The notes below the pieces were generated by a model. It made no database searches and was not told where the DNA came from. It saw nothing but the letters and a program-made list of their open reading frames with translations. Shown here piece by piece: positions 1 to 21,757 of a stretch of 64,000 nucleotides of DNA. Source of the DNA: Microbotryum violaceum (Eukaryota); contig CDLV01000004.1 in NCBI GenBank assembly GCA_001244265.2, positions 3,348,001 through 3,412,000 of the forward strand. The letters are read 5' to 3'. Positions within the stretch are counted from its first letter, which is position 1, and every line of letters starts with the position of its first letter. A program made the translations under genes and the position numbers.

Positions 1-1
1 C

Positions 2-1446
<1,445 letters not shown>

Positions 1447-1452
<6 letters not shown>

Positions 1453-4400
1453 CCCCCCTTGCTCTTGGCCTGAAATGCGGCGCAGACCGATGGCGTCACA
1501 ATGACGCTGGAAGACTACTCGCGGCAGCGGCTTGGTGAAAATGTCGGCAACCATATCGTGGGTTGGGATGTAGGTGACCGAGATCTCTCCATTCCGAACA
1601 TGCTCCCGAACGAAATGCTCCAACATGCGCAAATGTTTGGTGCGAGCGTGGAAGACCGGATTCTGGGTGAGCGCTATAGCTCCCTGGTTATCCCGAGAAG
1701 ACGTAAAGGGGACGACGTATCGAGACCGAGTTCGGTGAGGAGCGAGCGAAGGAAGACAGCCTCCTTGGCTGCATGCGAGAGGCCCAGGTACTCCGCTTCC
1801 GTGGATGAACAAGCTACGCGAGGTTGGAGACGAGATGACCATGAGATGGCCCCACCCGCCAGTTTGAACAAGTAACCCATAGTGGACCTCGACGTCTGTA
1901 TGTCCGATCCCCAGTCCGAGTCAGAGTACCCCTCGTACCCCAGCAGAGGCGCACTGGTGCGCGTGTAGTGTATGCCAAGATCGAGCGATCCTTTGATGTA
2001 ACGAAGGACGCGCTTGGCCGCCTCGAGGTGAGTGTCGCCAGCCTTGCCGACGAAACGTGACAGATATCCGACGGAGTGGGCTAGATCAGGGCGAGTGGCA
2101 ACAACAGCGTACATGAGTGAGCCGATCATGGAACGGTAGATGGCATTGTCGGCGGAGTCTGTATCGGGTTCCGGCGAAAGCTGTAGGTTGGCTTCCATGG
2201 GTGACTTGCAGGGGTTGCAGTCGGACATGTTGAAGCGATCCAAGACGTCAAGGAGGTATTGACGCTGGAGAAGGGAGATCCCGCCATCGTCGTGTCGTAC
2301 GACCTGAACCCCGAGTACCCATTCGGCCGGGCCGAGGCGTTTGACTCCGTAGAGGGTGTCGAGTTGGTCAAGGACTCGATCGATTTCCCCGAGATCCGGC
2401 CCAAAGAAGAGTAGATCGTCGACGTAGAGTGCAATGTAGTGATCACCCCAGCGTCCTCATGACGATAGATGCATTCGTCGCAGGCGAGGCGACGATAGCC
2501 GAGACTCGCGAGCGTGGCGTTGATCGTGTCGTTCCACACTCGACCTGCCTGCTTGAGACCGTAGATCGATCAATGAAGGCGGAGGCATTTGCCTTCGTAG
2601 CCTTCGATGCCAGTTGGAACCCGCATGTAGATCTCCTCCTCCAGCACACCGTGAAGATAGGCCTTGTCAACGTCGGCTTGAATGATGTGGTGGCCCTTCG
2701 AGGCCGAGTGCGCGATGAGCGTGCGGATGGAGGTGTACTTAGCCGTGGGTGAGAAGGTGTTGTTGAAGCTGTTTGGGCCTTGTGCGCAGCCCTGTGCAAC
2801 AATGCGGTTCTTCAGTGAAACCATCTTCCCGGCTTTGTCGCGTTTGGTTCGAAAGACGTGACGACTTGGTAAGATCGTAGCTCCTTTGGGCACGGAGGAT
2901 AGTCCGACGACGCTGAACACCTTGAGATCGTCTTTCATCGAGCGGAATTCCTCAATGGCTCCCGCTTTCCATGCCGCGGCGTGAGGATGGCGCATGGCCT
3001 CATTCCATGTGGTGGGATCACTGCTCGGGAGCGAGAACGGGTCCTCTGGTTCCGAGAGCGGTCGATTCGCCGTCGAGGTGTCAATGCCCGCCGCGTCGAG
3101 ATCAGCAACAAGTTCGGTTACCTCCTTGCCTAGAGAGAATGCGAAGGCAGAAGGGGTCGAGCGCAAAGATGCTAGGGCGCCGTAACGAGGTGGGGGGTTG
3201 CGCGGGCGCGAACCCACGGGTGGCTGCCACGCGGGCCCCGGTGCGTCGAAACGTAAAGCAGCCGGAAGCTCCGCTTGGTCGGGGGGTGCCTGATTGGCAT
3301 GCTGGTCAGGGAGTACAACGACTTCGTCATCGTCGTCGTCGTCGCCTGCAACGGGCGCGTGAGCTGCTGTGATGCCCTCCCGCCTGGCTGGGAACTCGTC
3401 CTCGAAGAATGTGACGCTGCGCGATTTGAAAACTTGTCTGGTAGCGGGGTCAAACAGTCGGTATCCCTTGGATTCGAGATCGTAGCCGACGAATACGAGT
3501 GGAATGCCCCGCGGATCGAGTTTGCTGCGCGCTTCGGTGGTAGCTGCCTTCCACGCTCTGCAGCCGAATACGCGGAGATGGCCGGCTGACGGCTTCGATC
3601 CGTGCCAACGCGTGTGTGGTGTGACGCCTGAATTTGCCGAGTGTGGTGAGCGATTTTTGACGTAGACATATGTCGCCAATGCCTCGGCCCACAAAGCGTG
3701 AGATAGACCCGACTGGTGGAGCATTGATCGGACACCCTCGGTGATCGAGCGATTTGCGCGTTCGGCAACCCCGTTTTGCTGAGGGGCATCGGGAATCGAA
3801 AGCTGACGAGTGATGCCTTGTTCTTCCAGGAAGCTCGAGAACTCGTTCGACAAGAATTCACCACCGTTGTCGGAGCGGACTGCCAGGAGTTTTCTCGACG
3901 AGGAGCGCTCGACCTTTGCAAGCCACGACTTGAAGGCCGCAAAGGTATCGGACTTGTGCGACATCGGAATTGCCCAGAGATATCGGGTGTAATCATCGAC
4001 AATGACGAGGGCGTATTTTGCGCCGCCTAACGACACGGCGCCGTCGAACGCAAGAAGGTCCATGTGGACTCGATCAAGAGGCTGGGCTGAACGATTTGAC
4101 GCGACGGTGGGGAAAGGGTGATGTGTGATCTTCCCAGCCTGGCATGTATCACATTTCAAGTCTGCGTTCAATGCTACCTCCATGTTGACTCCCAGCACAG
4201 CCTCAGTTGAGATCAGCTGTCGTAGAGCGCGAGGGTGAAGGTGAGCGAAACGTCCGTGCATGATGGAGACGGGACGGCCGCGAACGCACGTGGGGACGCA
4301 CCCGGTTGCTCGATGAGAGTAGTGACGTCGACTAGGGAAGCATGCATGTGGTACAAGCCGTTCGTGATCTCCCCGGTGTGGCAAATCGACCCGTCGACTG

Positions 4401-5555
4401 AGACCGTTGCTTTGCCTCGGGAAAGGTTGATGTCGTAGCCCGCGGCGTTGGCGCGACTGGCGGAGAAGAGGCTGACCGGCGCGCTGGGGACGAACAACGC
4501 GTGGTGGAGTTGACCGATGCTGCCGTCGAAGGAGCGAACGACAGCGGAACCGACGCCTTCGATCGAATTGACCGCCTCGCCCGTGATGCCCTCGAGCGGA
4601 GCAGGCTTGCACTTGCGGAAGTTGGTGAAACAAGCGCGATTGTTGACGATGTGATGCGTCGCGCCGCTGTCGAGGATGAGGGAAGGTTTGGCCAATGTGG
4701 ACATCGCTGCGATGAGGTATCCGCGGACCGGGCCGTCTACCAACGTCGAGATGTCGGGAGCAGCGGCGAGTGATGCGGACGGCGCGGAGGAGGCCTTGGA
4801 CTTCTTGTCCTTGACGGGGCATTTTCGATTCCAGTGAGGACCTCCACAGTGTCGGCACGGAGCTGACGGAGTCGATGAAGATCTGTCCGTCGCGGTCAAG
4901 CTAGCTACCATCGCCACGGGCTTGTGTGCCGGCGTGGATTCAGCTTGAGTCTGAAGCGTTTGAAGCGCTTCAATCGGATCAGGGAGCTTGTCGAGGTCTT
5001 GACGGAGCGCTTGAGTATAGTACTCCTTGTAGAGGTCCTTGCCAAAGTGGATCAAGCGTATCGAGATGACCTGGTCAAAGGTAAGGTTGTATCCCGAAAG
5101 AGTGTTAAACAGCTCAATGGTGTTGGCTTGGTACTTCTCGAACGCGTCGACACCGGAGGGAGGCGGACCCGCATCGAGCAGGGCTTGGAGCTTGATGAAG
5201 ATGTCGGTGACTGTGCCTGCTGCGACCGCTTTCTTGATCATCTTCAAGACGTCGGTGGGAGTGTGATCGAATCCATCTTTGATCTGCTTCTTGATGTTGA
5301 GGGAGACCGAGCGCCTCAAGAGCGCGATCGCTTGGAAGTTGGCGTGCTCCAGGTCGGTGCGCGCGTTGGGTTTCTGAATGGGCGTCGCAAGCGTGCAGTT
5401 CCAATAGTCGCCCCGAGAGCTCCACGGACGTCGTTGATCCATTGCGACCAGCCTCCCGCGTTGCGCAGGTGGCATGACGGGTCGATATCGCGGGGTTTGA
5501 CATAGACGATAGAGGTTGTTCCCCCTGATACCACAGTGTCCGTATCACCGGGCAT
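1447..5555 (-). pseudogene. Copia gag-pol polyprotein with several 1-bp frameshifts and one TGA at 2570
   Basis: CRHCGGPHWNRKC knuckle, LILDSGATHH protease, integrase VRSDNGGEF and PQQNGVAER, RT ADVDKAYLHG and YVDDLL, RNase H YSDSDW and SSTEAEY. Confidence 0.92.
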
Positions 5556-5605
5556 GATGACTTGATGACTCGAGTTGGCTGGGCCGCTACGTTGGGCTCG
5601 TAACC

Positions 5606-6266
<661 letters not shown>

Positions 6267-6406
6267 CTAAGACCATAAGTCCCTCTGGACCGCAGACCCC
6301 ACTAATTTCCCACAACAGTTGGCGCGCGCATGGCGCGGCGCCGGATGGAGGCAGATGACGGCGTGGCGTATTGATTGGACTCAGAGGTGGCTTGCACACG
6401 GATACT

Positions 6407-13484
<7,078 letters not shown>

Positions 13485-13520
13485 AAGGAGACACCTCGTC
13501 CGCCCCTGGGTGGTAGGTCG

Positions 13521-15251
13521 TCATAACGGCGTCCCCTCAAGCACGCGCAAGGAGGGGTCGAAGTCATGAAAGGCCAGGAAGGTCCGGCAAAGCCTCGGAA
13601 GAGGCGGGCGAGACAGAGCATCCGCCGTGGTGTTGTTCTTACCCGCGACGTGTTGGACCTTCAGGTCGAAGCGACGGGAGGCGGAGATGGTGAAAGCCCG
13701 CAGCATCAATGTCCGCAGCGGGAGGAACGGAGTGTCCGAGCACGCGCCCAAATCCAGCGCGTAAACTGCGGGTGCGGAGTCCGTGCAAACCAAGACTCGT
13801 CGAAAAGACCCGAACGCCCCCGATGTAGTGATGTCGAGAGCAATGACCACCGTCAGGGCTTCCGCGAACTGGATCCGCTCGAACGTGCGGCCTGGGTTTG
13901 TGGCAAAGTAGTGGCATCCCCCGGGTAGCGTGAACCAGAAGCCCAAGCCAGCGCCAGTGTGGTCATTGTTTTGGAGACATGCGTCGGTGTAGATGACCAG
14001 ATCAGCATCATTGATTGACCAACAAGTCAGGCTTGTTGCATTGAGGTCAAGCCTTGGGGTGGCTGCCAATAGTCGCGCGATTGAGGCGAGCAACTCCCGT
14101 ACCTTGAGGTTCAGGGGATCTCCCGCATTGGCCCGAGTTTTTGAGCCAATTTTGTTGTACAAAGGTGTGACATGTGGGCGGGCCTGAGGCGCCACGTTGA
14201 GAGCCCAGCTCAGCCAACCCGTCATCTGGCGCCATTGGCGGAGCGGCGGGCAGCGGCCTGGGAAGTCCAGAAAGGCCTGAATTGCGGTCGCGAGGTCGTC
14301 GATAGCCTTGGGTGTGAGTGAGATGGAAAAGTCATCTAACTCACAATCGATCCCCGTGATGCTAACCCGCCGGCCAAAGGGGGCTTTGCCCGGTGAGAGT
14401 TTGAAGGGGAGGCCGAGCAATTGCCACAGGTCCGCCATCTGCGCCTGCTGCGAGGGTACCATGTGTTGGACGCCGTTGTGAACGAAGGGCACGAGTGTAC
14501 CGGATACATCCACCCCAAAAGCGTCGTCCATGTAGGCCAGAGGGTACTCGATGCCGTAGGACTGCTGAGTGATCCAAACTACGAGCGACATGAAGCGGGT
14601 CCAGAGATAGGGCATAGCCCGGCAACCAAATACGCCGGGCCACTCAATGTGATACCACGTGACAAGATCACCGTCCGGCAACCGCCTCTTGATTGCGATC
14701 CCTTGGCGAGCCTGCCAATTCTTTGACATGACGAGGACTTTGGGTGCAGAGGAGACATCAAGCTTCCACAGCACTGAATCGGGCGTCAGCAATTTGGAGG
14801 CAAAGCGGTGCCACCGAAGCAGTTGAATGAAATCGATGATCGTGTTGTAGACCGTGGGACAAGCTTCCCGAGAGATCCCGTCGTTGAGGCCCAATCTTGT
14901 GTGGTTGGCAACGACGACGCACATCCGGTGATTGGTTGACTCTACGACAAAGACGGAGCTGTATGTCGCGCCGGGGATGGGGAAAGACGTTCCCTCTGAT
15001 AGCCAGCCCTTGCCAACTTCTTCATCAATGGTTGATTGGATGAAGCTTCGGTGAGTTTCCGAGCGAGGGAAGTTTATCGTCGATGGGTTGTCCCCAGAGG
15101 CCACGCTGCCATCGTGCTCTGGTTCAAACCCCTCCAAACGAAATCCGAGAGCGAAAGACCGGACAAGGTCCTGGTCGGGATGTGAGCGAAGTAATGTCTC
15201 GAACGAGTTGTCCTTGATTGTACAGACAAAATTGACTTGTGACGGGTACAT
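13521..15251 (-). CDS. DIRS/Ngaro reverse transcriptase-RNase H
   Basis: LWKLDVSSA, VFGCRAMP, YMDD, YTDAC, CTDS, HVAGKNNTTADALSR. Confidence 0.85.
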   Translation of the reverse strand: MYPSQVNFVCTIKDNSFETLLRSHPDQDLVRSFALGFRLEGFEPEHDGSVASGDNPSTINFPRSETHRSFIQSTIDEEVGKGWLSEGTSFPIPGATYSSVFVVESTNHRMCVVVANHTRLGLNDGISREACPTVYNTIIDFIQLLRWHRFASKLLTPDSVLWKLDVSSAPKVLVMSKNWQARQGIAIKRRLPDGDLVTWYHIEWPGVFGCRAMPYLWTRFMSLVVWITQQSYGIEYPLAYMDDAFGVDVSGTLVPFVHNGVQHMVPSQQAQMADLWQLLGLPFKLSPGKAPFGRRVSITGIDCELDDFSISLTPKAIDDLATAIQAFLDFPGRCPPLRQWRQMTGWLSWALNVAPQARPHVTPLYNKIGSKTRANAGDPLNLKVRELLASIARLLAATPRLDLNATSLTCWSINDADLVIYTDACLQNNDHTGAGLGFWFTLPGGCHYFATNPGRTFERIQFAEALTVVIALDITTSGAFGSFRRVLVCTDSAPAVYALDLGACSDTPFLPLRTLMLRAFTISASRRFDLKVQHVAGKNNTTADALSRPPLPRLCRTFLAFHDFDPSLRVLEGTPL

Positions 15252-15523
15252 GCGTTGTGCACGCTAGATAGTGTGAAGTTGTGCGGGGGTGAAGGTTGCG
15301 GAGGAAGTGAGAAGTGAGGTAGAGGGAGGGTCTGAAGTGGGAGCCTCGAAGTGGAATTGGCGCTGTATGCGGGGTGCCGGCCCAATGCCAGCGAGGAGAG
15401 AGGGGGGAGGGTGACCAGGGGGCGGGAGGGTGTGCGGCGACAGGTGGACCTGGTCTTCCGAGCTGTCCCTCGTTGAGGAATCTACTTCTGAGCGGCAGAA
15501 CGAGCTGAGGACTTCGCTGCCAT

Positions 15524-16237
15524 TCATGCAAGTCGGCCGCCAATCCCAGCCTCGAGATTCGAACAGATGCAATCACCAGATCGGTGTCCCTTAGTCTTGC
15601 AGTCCAAGCAAATATGCTCCAGTCTGCACGTCTCAACCGGGTGCGCCTGCCCTCTGTTGAAACGCATGCAGATCCAATTGATCTTTGAGAGCGTCAATCT
15701 CTTCTTTGCCGGGCCAGAAGCGCTTGGCAGGTGGTGCTTACGAAACGTCCGCTCCTCGAGCGCGGGTTGGGTTGACGATTGGCTCGCGAGGGTCGCTACC
15801 TTGATAATGAAATTTACGTAGACTGAGTGGCTGGCGTTGGCCTCGAGGAGAGAGGTGACCGTAGCGCTTGGTTCCGAGCGCAGGGTCCGAAAACGCTCAT
15901 CAAAAGCAATCGGAAGCTTGGAGCCCTTCATGCCGCTGTGCACTCCCGCATGCATGTCGTCGAGGAACTTGAGGTAATGAGACCAATCCGCTCCCGCCCA
16001 CGTGCCAAAAACCTCGTTTTCGACCGCTTGAATCTCTTTCAGAGCGCGGAGATACTCGGGGAAGTCGGTAACGGGAGTCTTGACCTTGCTGGCCTTTTGC
16101 TGGGCTCGCGCTTGGATGCCCGTGAATTCGATGCCATTCTCGTCAGTGTAGGAGTCGAAGAGTTCAGCCTCTTGGGGGTGTACTATGTCGCGAACGTCTA
16201 TGTAGGCGCCACACATGATCTTCATGACTTCAATCAC
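15524..16237 (-). CDS. Ngaro-type gag-like protein (C-terminal part)
   Basis: ICMRFNRGQAHPVETCRLEHICLDCKTKGHRSGDC; overlaps the region upstream of the RT. Confidence 0.75.
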   Translation of the reverse strand: MIEVMKIMCGAYIDVRDIVHPQEAELFDSYTDENGIEFTGIQARAQQKASKVKTPVTDFPEYLRALKEIQAVENEVFGTWAGADWSHYLKFLDDMHAGVHSGMKGSKLPIAFDERFRTLRSEPSATVTSLLEANASHSVYVNFIIKVATLASQSSTQPALEERTFRKHHLPSASGPAKKRLTLSKINWICMRFNRGQAHPVETCRLEHICLDCKTKGHRSGDCICSNLEAGIGGRLA

Positions 16238-16639
16238 GTATCACGAAGGACAAAGATAGGAGGAACGAACCGGACAAAGGGGCTCAAGACGAGGGATAAG
16301 TCGAGAGAGGTTCTAGGGACTTCTCAAGAGAGACGAGGACGAGGGACGAGTGCAAGGATGTGACCTTTGACGAGATTCGAGTTGCAGAAGGGAAAGAGAG
16401 AAGTAAGCTACGGAAAGGGGGAACTAGACCAGAGGAGTCGGGGACGAGGTGACAAGCTTGAGGAGGCGAGGCACGAGGATCACGTAATAATGTTGAGGCT
16501 GAGGATCACGTAATAGAGCTTGGTTGATGATCACGTAAGAGTCGGGGGCGAGAGGGTTGTTAGTGTGTAGTTGGAGGAGAAGAAAGCAGTGCAGATGCCG
16601 AAGCGGGGAGAGGAGGTCCGAGGCGCGGGAAGGCCGAGG

Positions 16640-17813
16640 TCACGCGGATGACGAGAGTGCTGAGAGGCCGAACTCGGAGTGGTGAGCTTCCATTTGTGAC
16701 ATCACGTCCATCTTGATCTCGCCTTGGCGCTGGAGCTTAAGCCTGATGATGCCTGCCGCCGTCTCGAGACGAGTCGGATCATTGCATGGGAGCAAGCGGG
16801 CCTTGTCCCAAGACGCTTCTTGGCTGAGTCGTCCAATCACTTTGGGATCCGCGGAGTAGGCTGGCGCCGCACGAGCTGCATTGAGGCGTTCAAGGCGGTA
16901 GCGGCGGTCCTCGTCATCGGCGGGCTCTGCAGTGGGTACATGGATAGGCGGGGGACGTGGGCTGGTACACTGAAGGGTACTGTTGCGTTGGGGGTGCCAA
17001 GTGGGCTTGCAATGGCGCCGTTTGCGCTCGGTGAATGGGCAGGCAAGCCGGAGCTGGAGCTGGAGCTGGGGACCCGGCGAGACGCATGAGTTGCTCCATC
17101 CTCTCGGATCCGACGTCTGCCCAGTTCTGCTCTTCATCGTCGATGGCGTCTTGGGTAGAGACGAGCATTCCTCTGGGAAAGATTACGAGTTGAGCAAGAC
17201 AGCCGACTGGGAACTGAGTGGCGTCAAATTGCGTGGAAAACACGAAAAGACGCTTCTCCACGATGACAATCTCGTCCGTTCCCCGAGGAAGAGCGTTGAG
17301 GTGGTAAGAGGGACCTTCGTCCACGCCTTCTATCGTCACGATACTAGGGGGGCCGGGAACCGCAGCGGCCGCGGGCGCAGCCTGCGCGACGTGGAAGGCG
17401 CCCTCCGCGAGAGGGGCATCGGGGGTCGTAAGTGCCGCCGAAGTCGCGCGCTTGCGGTAATAGCCCTCGTTCGTCCAGTATCGAGAGCCATTTGTTTCGA
17501 AAAAGCCTTCGACGTCTCCGGAAACCAGGGCGTAAGCAGTGACAGGGTGGAGCTCGCTGAGGTTATCAATGGCTAGCGGAGTATCCGTCGGGATGGCTCG
17601 CAACTGCCCGAGCCAAAAGACCAGTTCGATGTCCCCAGAGGGGTGGTTCCTGGTCGAACCCGCCTCAAGAGAGAGCTTAGTGATAAGATCCCTGCGCGCG
17701 TCCTCCGTTAGGATGTCGGCAGAAAGCGCCGCGTCGACTAGCTTGATCGCGTCGACTGTTCGCTTGAGCGAGCACGGGATCCGATTATCCTTTTCTAGGG
17801 GAGGCAACGACAT
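16640..17813 (-). CDS. Unknown ORF upstream of Ngaro gag, split by one frameshift
   Basis: Overlapping 299-aa and 165-aa ORFs on the same strand as gag; no recognised motif. Confidence 0.4.
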
Positions 17814-17940
17814 GATCCTTGATGGCGCGCAAGGCGGGCTGTTTGAAGCTTAAAGGACCGAGAGATCGCTTTGCGAGGCGTAGCGCGGACGCGAGGCACT
17901 CGCAGAGAGGTTGAGGGCTCTGAGGAACTCACGGAGAGAC

Positions 17941-18032
17941 CTAGGACGCTGAGCGCTCCGGAGAGGCTAGGAATACGCTGAGCGCTCCGGAGAGGCTAGG
18001 AAAATACGCTGAGCGCTCCTGAGAGGCTAGGA
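17941..18032. repeat. Tandem repeat, about 26-31 bp x3
   Basis: CTAGG(A/T)nACGCTGAGCGCTCC(G/T)GAGAGG repeated. Confidence 0.9.
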
Positions 18033-18136
18033 TTGGCTGACGCTGAGTCATGACTAGAATGCACGGATGCGCGCTTGAACAATGAGCGTGGAACTCTTAC
18101 CGCTAAAGCTGAACAGACAGCCAAATTTTTCCACAT

Positions 18137-18164
18137 GCGCCTCTGGCTGGGCTTTCGGGGGTCC
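18137..18164. repeat. Orphan copy of the GGACCC TIR motif
   Basis: GCGCCTCTGGCTGGGCTTTCGGGGGTCC matches the ends at 24000, 26410, 29821 and 32239. Confidence 0.7.
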
Positions 18165-18370
18165 TCTCTCGCCTATCGACTCACCGAGGCGCGCCCGCTG
18201 GTCTCCGCAGGTCTCCGCTGTTCGCCTTCTGTCGCCTTCGGCAACCGGCCATCAATGCGTCCTCACCCGCTTACGTCATTCCTGTCGGCTACGCCCGGGT
18301 CTTGTTCCAGCTCCCAGCTCCGAGTCCTCCCTCGCCCTCTGGTCTAACCCTCAGGCATGCACTAAGTGCC

Positions 18371-19542
18371 ATGTCCCCGATTCCGCAGCCATCGCCCAGC
18401 CACGATCTGCCCAAGTTCCATCTCCAGATCCTCGATCTTTCACATCCCGGTGAGTTGTTGTAGCTGCGTTCGGATCCGCACCCGCCACATGTGGGGGGTG
18501 GGAACGGCGCGCGGGGCAGACCGGGTCGAATCGAATGGCACCAGCTGATCGGGAATTGTTCCGTCTGGTCTGGTTTGGCCAGGGACGGGAAAGTTTTTTC
18601 ACACTGTGGAACACCCCTCAAGCTCCTCGAAACGTCCGCATCCGCGGTGCTGAGGTGGTTGTATCCTTTGAGCGCGAGCTCCATTGAAACACCTATAGCT
18701 AACTCTGCTACGTCCTTGGCCGAACGAGAAACCGCCTACAATCAAGTGCCAGAAGCGCACATCCGTCCGTCAGATTAGTCACCCTCCACGTCAGATCCGT
18801 TGACGGCGTCGCGTACACCCAATCGATCCCTCTCGATTCCGAGCATAAGGAGGTACACTTCTCGGCGGACTACGTGCACGGCATCGACTCGGCCAGGATA
18901 GGCGACGAAATCAGAGGGGTCATCGTCCACGAGCTGGTTCATGTGTTCCAGTACGATGGTAAGGTAAGTTCCAAATCCACTTGAAAAGCGAACACAAAAG
19001 CCCAAGACGAACTGACGCCTTGTGACGGATTCTCGGGGGTGGGGGGGGGGGTCAGGGCACTATGCCTGGAGGCTGCATCGAAGGAATCGCCGATTGGGTC
19101 CGAGTGAGTGTGATTTTGAGCTCACTGGCTTGGTGTGATGTCATGACATCAACGAGTTCGTGTTTTCTGCTTGGATAGGCTAAGGAGGAGCTCGATCGTC
19201 CCCATTGGAGAAGAGGCGTAGGCACACGGTGGGATGAAGGATACCAGGCAAGTGCCTCTAATGCAGCCTTGGCGCTACCGGACCACTGATGTGCAATGAA
19301 TTCGCGTCCAGACGACCGCCTACTTTTTCCTGTGGCTTGAAAAGCGCTTTGACAATCCGTGGTTCGTGCCGCAGCTCAACGCGCTGATGGCTGAGCACGA
19401 GTGGGACGATGGCAAGTGGCTGCGAGAGCTGCTCTAAGGCCAAGACATTGAGGACCTCTGGGCCAACAAGCCGTCACTTGGAGACACAGATCGCCAAAGT
19501 GACTCGACTGCATCGAAGCCGGTTCCGACACACGGCTGTTAA
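18371..19542 (+). pseudogene. BSP/PBSP-family (basic secretory protein) metallopeptidase gene, damaged
   Basis: Spliced exons give VDGVAYT, GVIVHELVHVFQYDG, PGGCIEGIADWVR, WDEGYQ and TTAYFFLWLE. In-frame TAA at 19435-19437 before GQDIEDLW, plus 1-bp frameshifts. Confidence 0.75.
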
Positions 19543-19719
19543 GAGGGTTTGAGTAGATTTTCGTATAGTAACTGGCTCTGACTAGTAACTGGCTCTGACG
19601 GCAGATCATTACGAACCAGTAGAAATGAAGCAAGCACTCCTTTACCCCAGTGGAAAACAAAAGCGAGACACCACACGCAGAGCTTCTTCCTTTGAAGCTC
19701 TGTTGAGGATGTGGGTCAC

Positions 19720-21566
19720 TTATTCTCCGACCATGCCGATCTTGCCGCTGCGCTTCATTCGTTCGGCTAGATCCATACCTCCAAATACGCACTTCTCCTG
19801 CTCACGGAGGAACCTGGGCCCCACCCCTTCACTCTTCATGCGTTTCTCCATCTCCATGTCATGCTCGCGCTGATCGGCCTCGTCCTCTTGCTTGACTCGT
19901 GCGGCACGAAACGTTGACAATGACGCAGCGGAGGCTTGCATGACCGCCAAGCGTTCTTCAACGGCCTTTTTTTGAGCCATCTCAAGTTCAGCAGACGAAG
20001 TCTCGCCGCGAGCATTCCAAAGCGGCGCAGATTTGCGACCTGAGGTTTGAGACGCACGCGAGGCCCGGTGATCATCATCATCATGGCGGTGAGGTCCGGA
20101 GGGTGCATGGCTATCGACGTCGCGGCCACCATGCATCCGAGATGGTTTGACGTCACCGTGAAGACTTCGCCTATCACCTCTTGTCTCACTCCTTGAATGT
20201 GGCGAGCTTTCGCGACGAGTGCCAGAACTTGGAGAGCGGTCCCGATTTGCTCGATCTCCTGATTGGAACGGCCTCACCAGATTAATACGACAGTCCACTG
20301 GTCTCTCTGAACCGCGCCCACAACCGCTGACGTTGCTTCGTTTTCGCTCTTCGTGTCCAACCCGGTCGTCAGGTCGATCCCAGTCGTTATGCCTATCCCA
20401 TTCGTCGCGTCGCTGTCGGTCTCGGTAGGCTTCATCATCATCCCGGCGCACGCAGTGCCGAGTCGACAAAGGGGGACCTTTGCCCTCCCCGTTCGTCCGC
20501 TGACCCTTCGAGTGTGATCCATTGTGTGTATCGTCTCTGGATCTGCCCCCATCACCACGCCTATGTTCATTCCCTGCGTGCCCTCCCCTGAAAGCTTTCT
20601 TGCGACTGCCTTCATCCTGCTCATCCATCAAGCGCTTGTCTTCCTTGCGTGCTCGTCGTTCCTCCTTGGTCTCGTCCTTCTTGCTCTTTCTTTCCTCATG
20701 AGATGTACCAAGCGTGGGTGAGCCGAATTCGCGTTCGCGCAGCTCTTTGAGCCATCTAGGATTCTTCAGCAGTTTCTCGTACTGCAGCTGCTCCTGACGC
20801 TTGATCGCGAGCAGAGGATCTTCTCTGATCTTGGCGGCGGTGTCGCGGGCCGTGTTGGCATTTTGGAGAGCGGTGAACGAGCTACCGGGCGCATCTGCAG
20901 AAGTTGCCGCCATCAACTGTCACAGCAGCGAGGGAGCGACGAACGAAGGAAGAAAACGAAATTGAAGCAGATTAGAACGTGGCTTTTCGCTGATCGAGGC
21001 GAAGCCGTCAATAGGTAACGGACCTTTTCTTCATTGCCCTTGAGTAGCTTGTCAACGCGTTTCTTGCCCAACAAGTACGCCTCGAGCTCTTCGGCGTTAG
21101 GCCCAATGCCCTCGGCCGGGGCGGCATACATCCAGTCGACGCGGTCGGCGCGTTTCTTACCCCCTGCCTCAGCCTGGAGGCGTTGCAGCTCTTGCACGGC
21201 GCGCTCTTGCTCCAGCTCCTTCTGCAGCTCCTGGAGCTTTTTACGTTCCTCCAGAGCAGACTTCTCGTGCTTCCACACTCGTTCCTGCAGGCACACAAGG
21301 AGGGAGCAAAGGCTTGCAAGGGTCAGACACGATACCAAATGGCAGCGATGCGCAACATTTCGATCGAAGAGATCACTTGTCAGCCACCCACCTTGTTGGC
21401 AAAGGTACCCGTGTGCCACGACTTCTTCATGTTGAGATCTGTAGCAGTTCAATTCCCGAAGGTAGGCGTTCAGGCGTTTCCAAGTCAGCGCATAAGCCAG
21501 CGCTCATCCGACTAGTCGGTTTGTCGTGGGCATGTTCAGGGGGGAAAACGCACCTCCACCTCCCAT
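19720..21566 (-). CDS. CWC25: Pre-mRNA splicing factor CWC25 (multi-exon)
   Basis: [58 protein letters not shown]. Confidence 0.92.
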
Positions 21567-21757
21567 ATTGAATGTTTATCTCGCCGTCGCGGTGTTGGAG
21601 GATCAATTGAACGGGATCCAACGATGTCGTTGATGAGGGAAGATCCCAACGAACGCTCGAGGTTGCGCGTGCCGTGGCCGGGAGTGGGCCGCCTTTTGTC
21701 GTTCTATTCCGTGTGAACCAGATACAAAAAAACACAACGCGCGGCGCAATCCACCTA

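Larger units (their letters stand above)
13485..18060 (-). mobile_element. DIRS/Ngaro-type retrotransposon, 3'-truncated with no tyrosine recombinase left
   Basis: Gag-like ORF with CCCH and CCHC fingers, followed by a DIRS-like RT/RH ORF. The upstream boundary is uncertain. Confidence 0.7.

Noticed and set aside
13485-15251. A naturally recombinase-free retroelement class
   Set aside because: Truncation coincides exactly with an LTR-like insertion with discordant flanks, so secondary loss is more likely.
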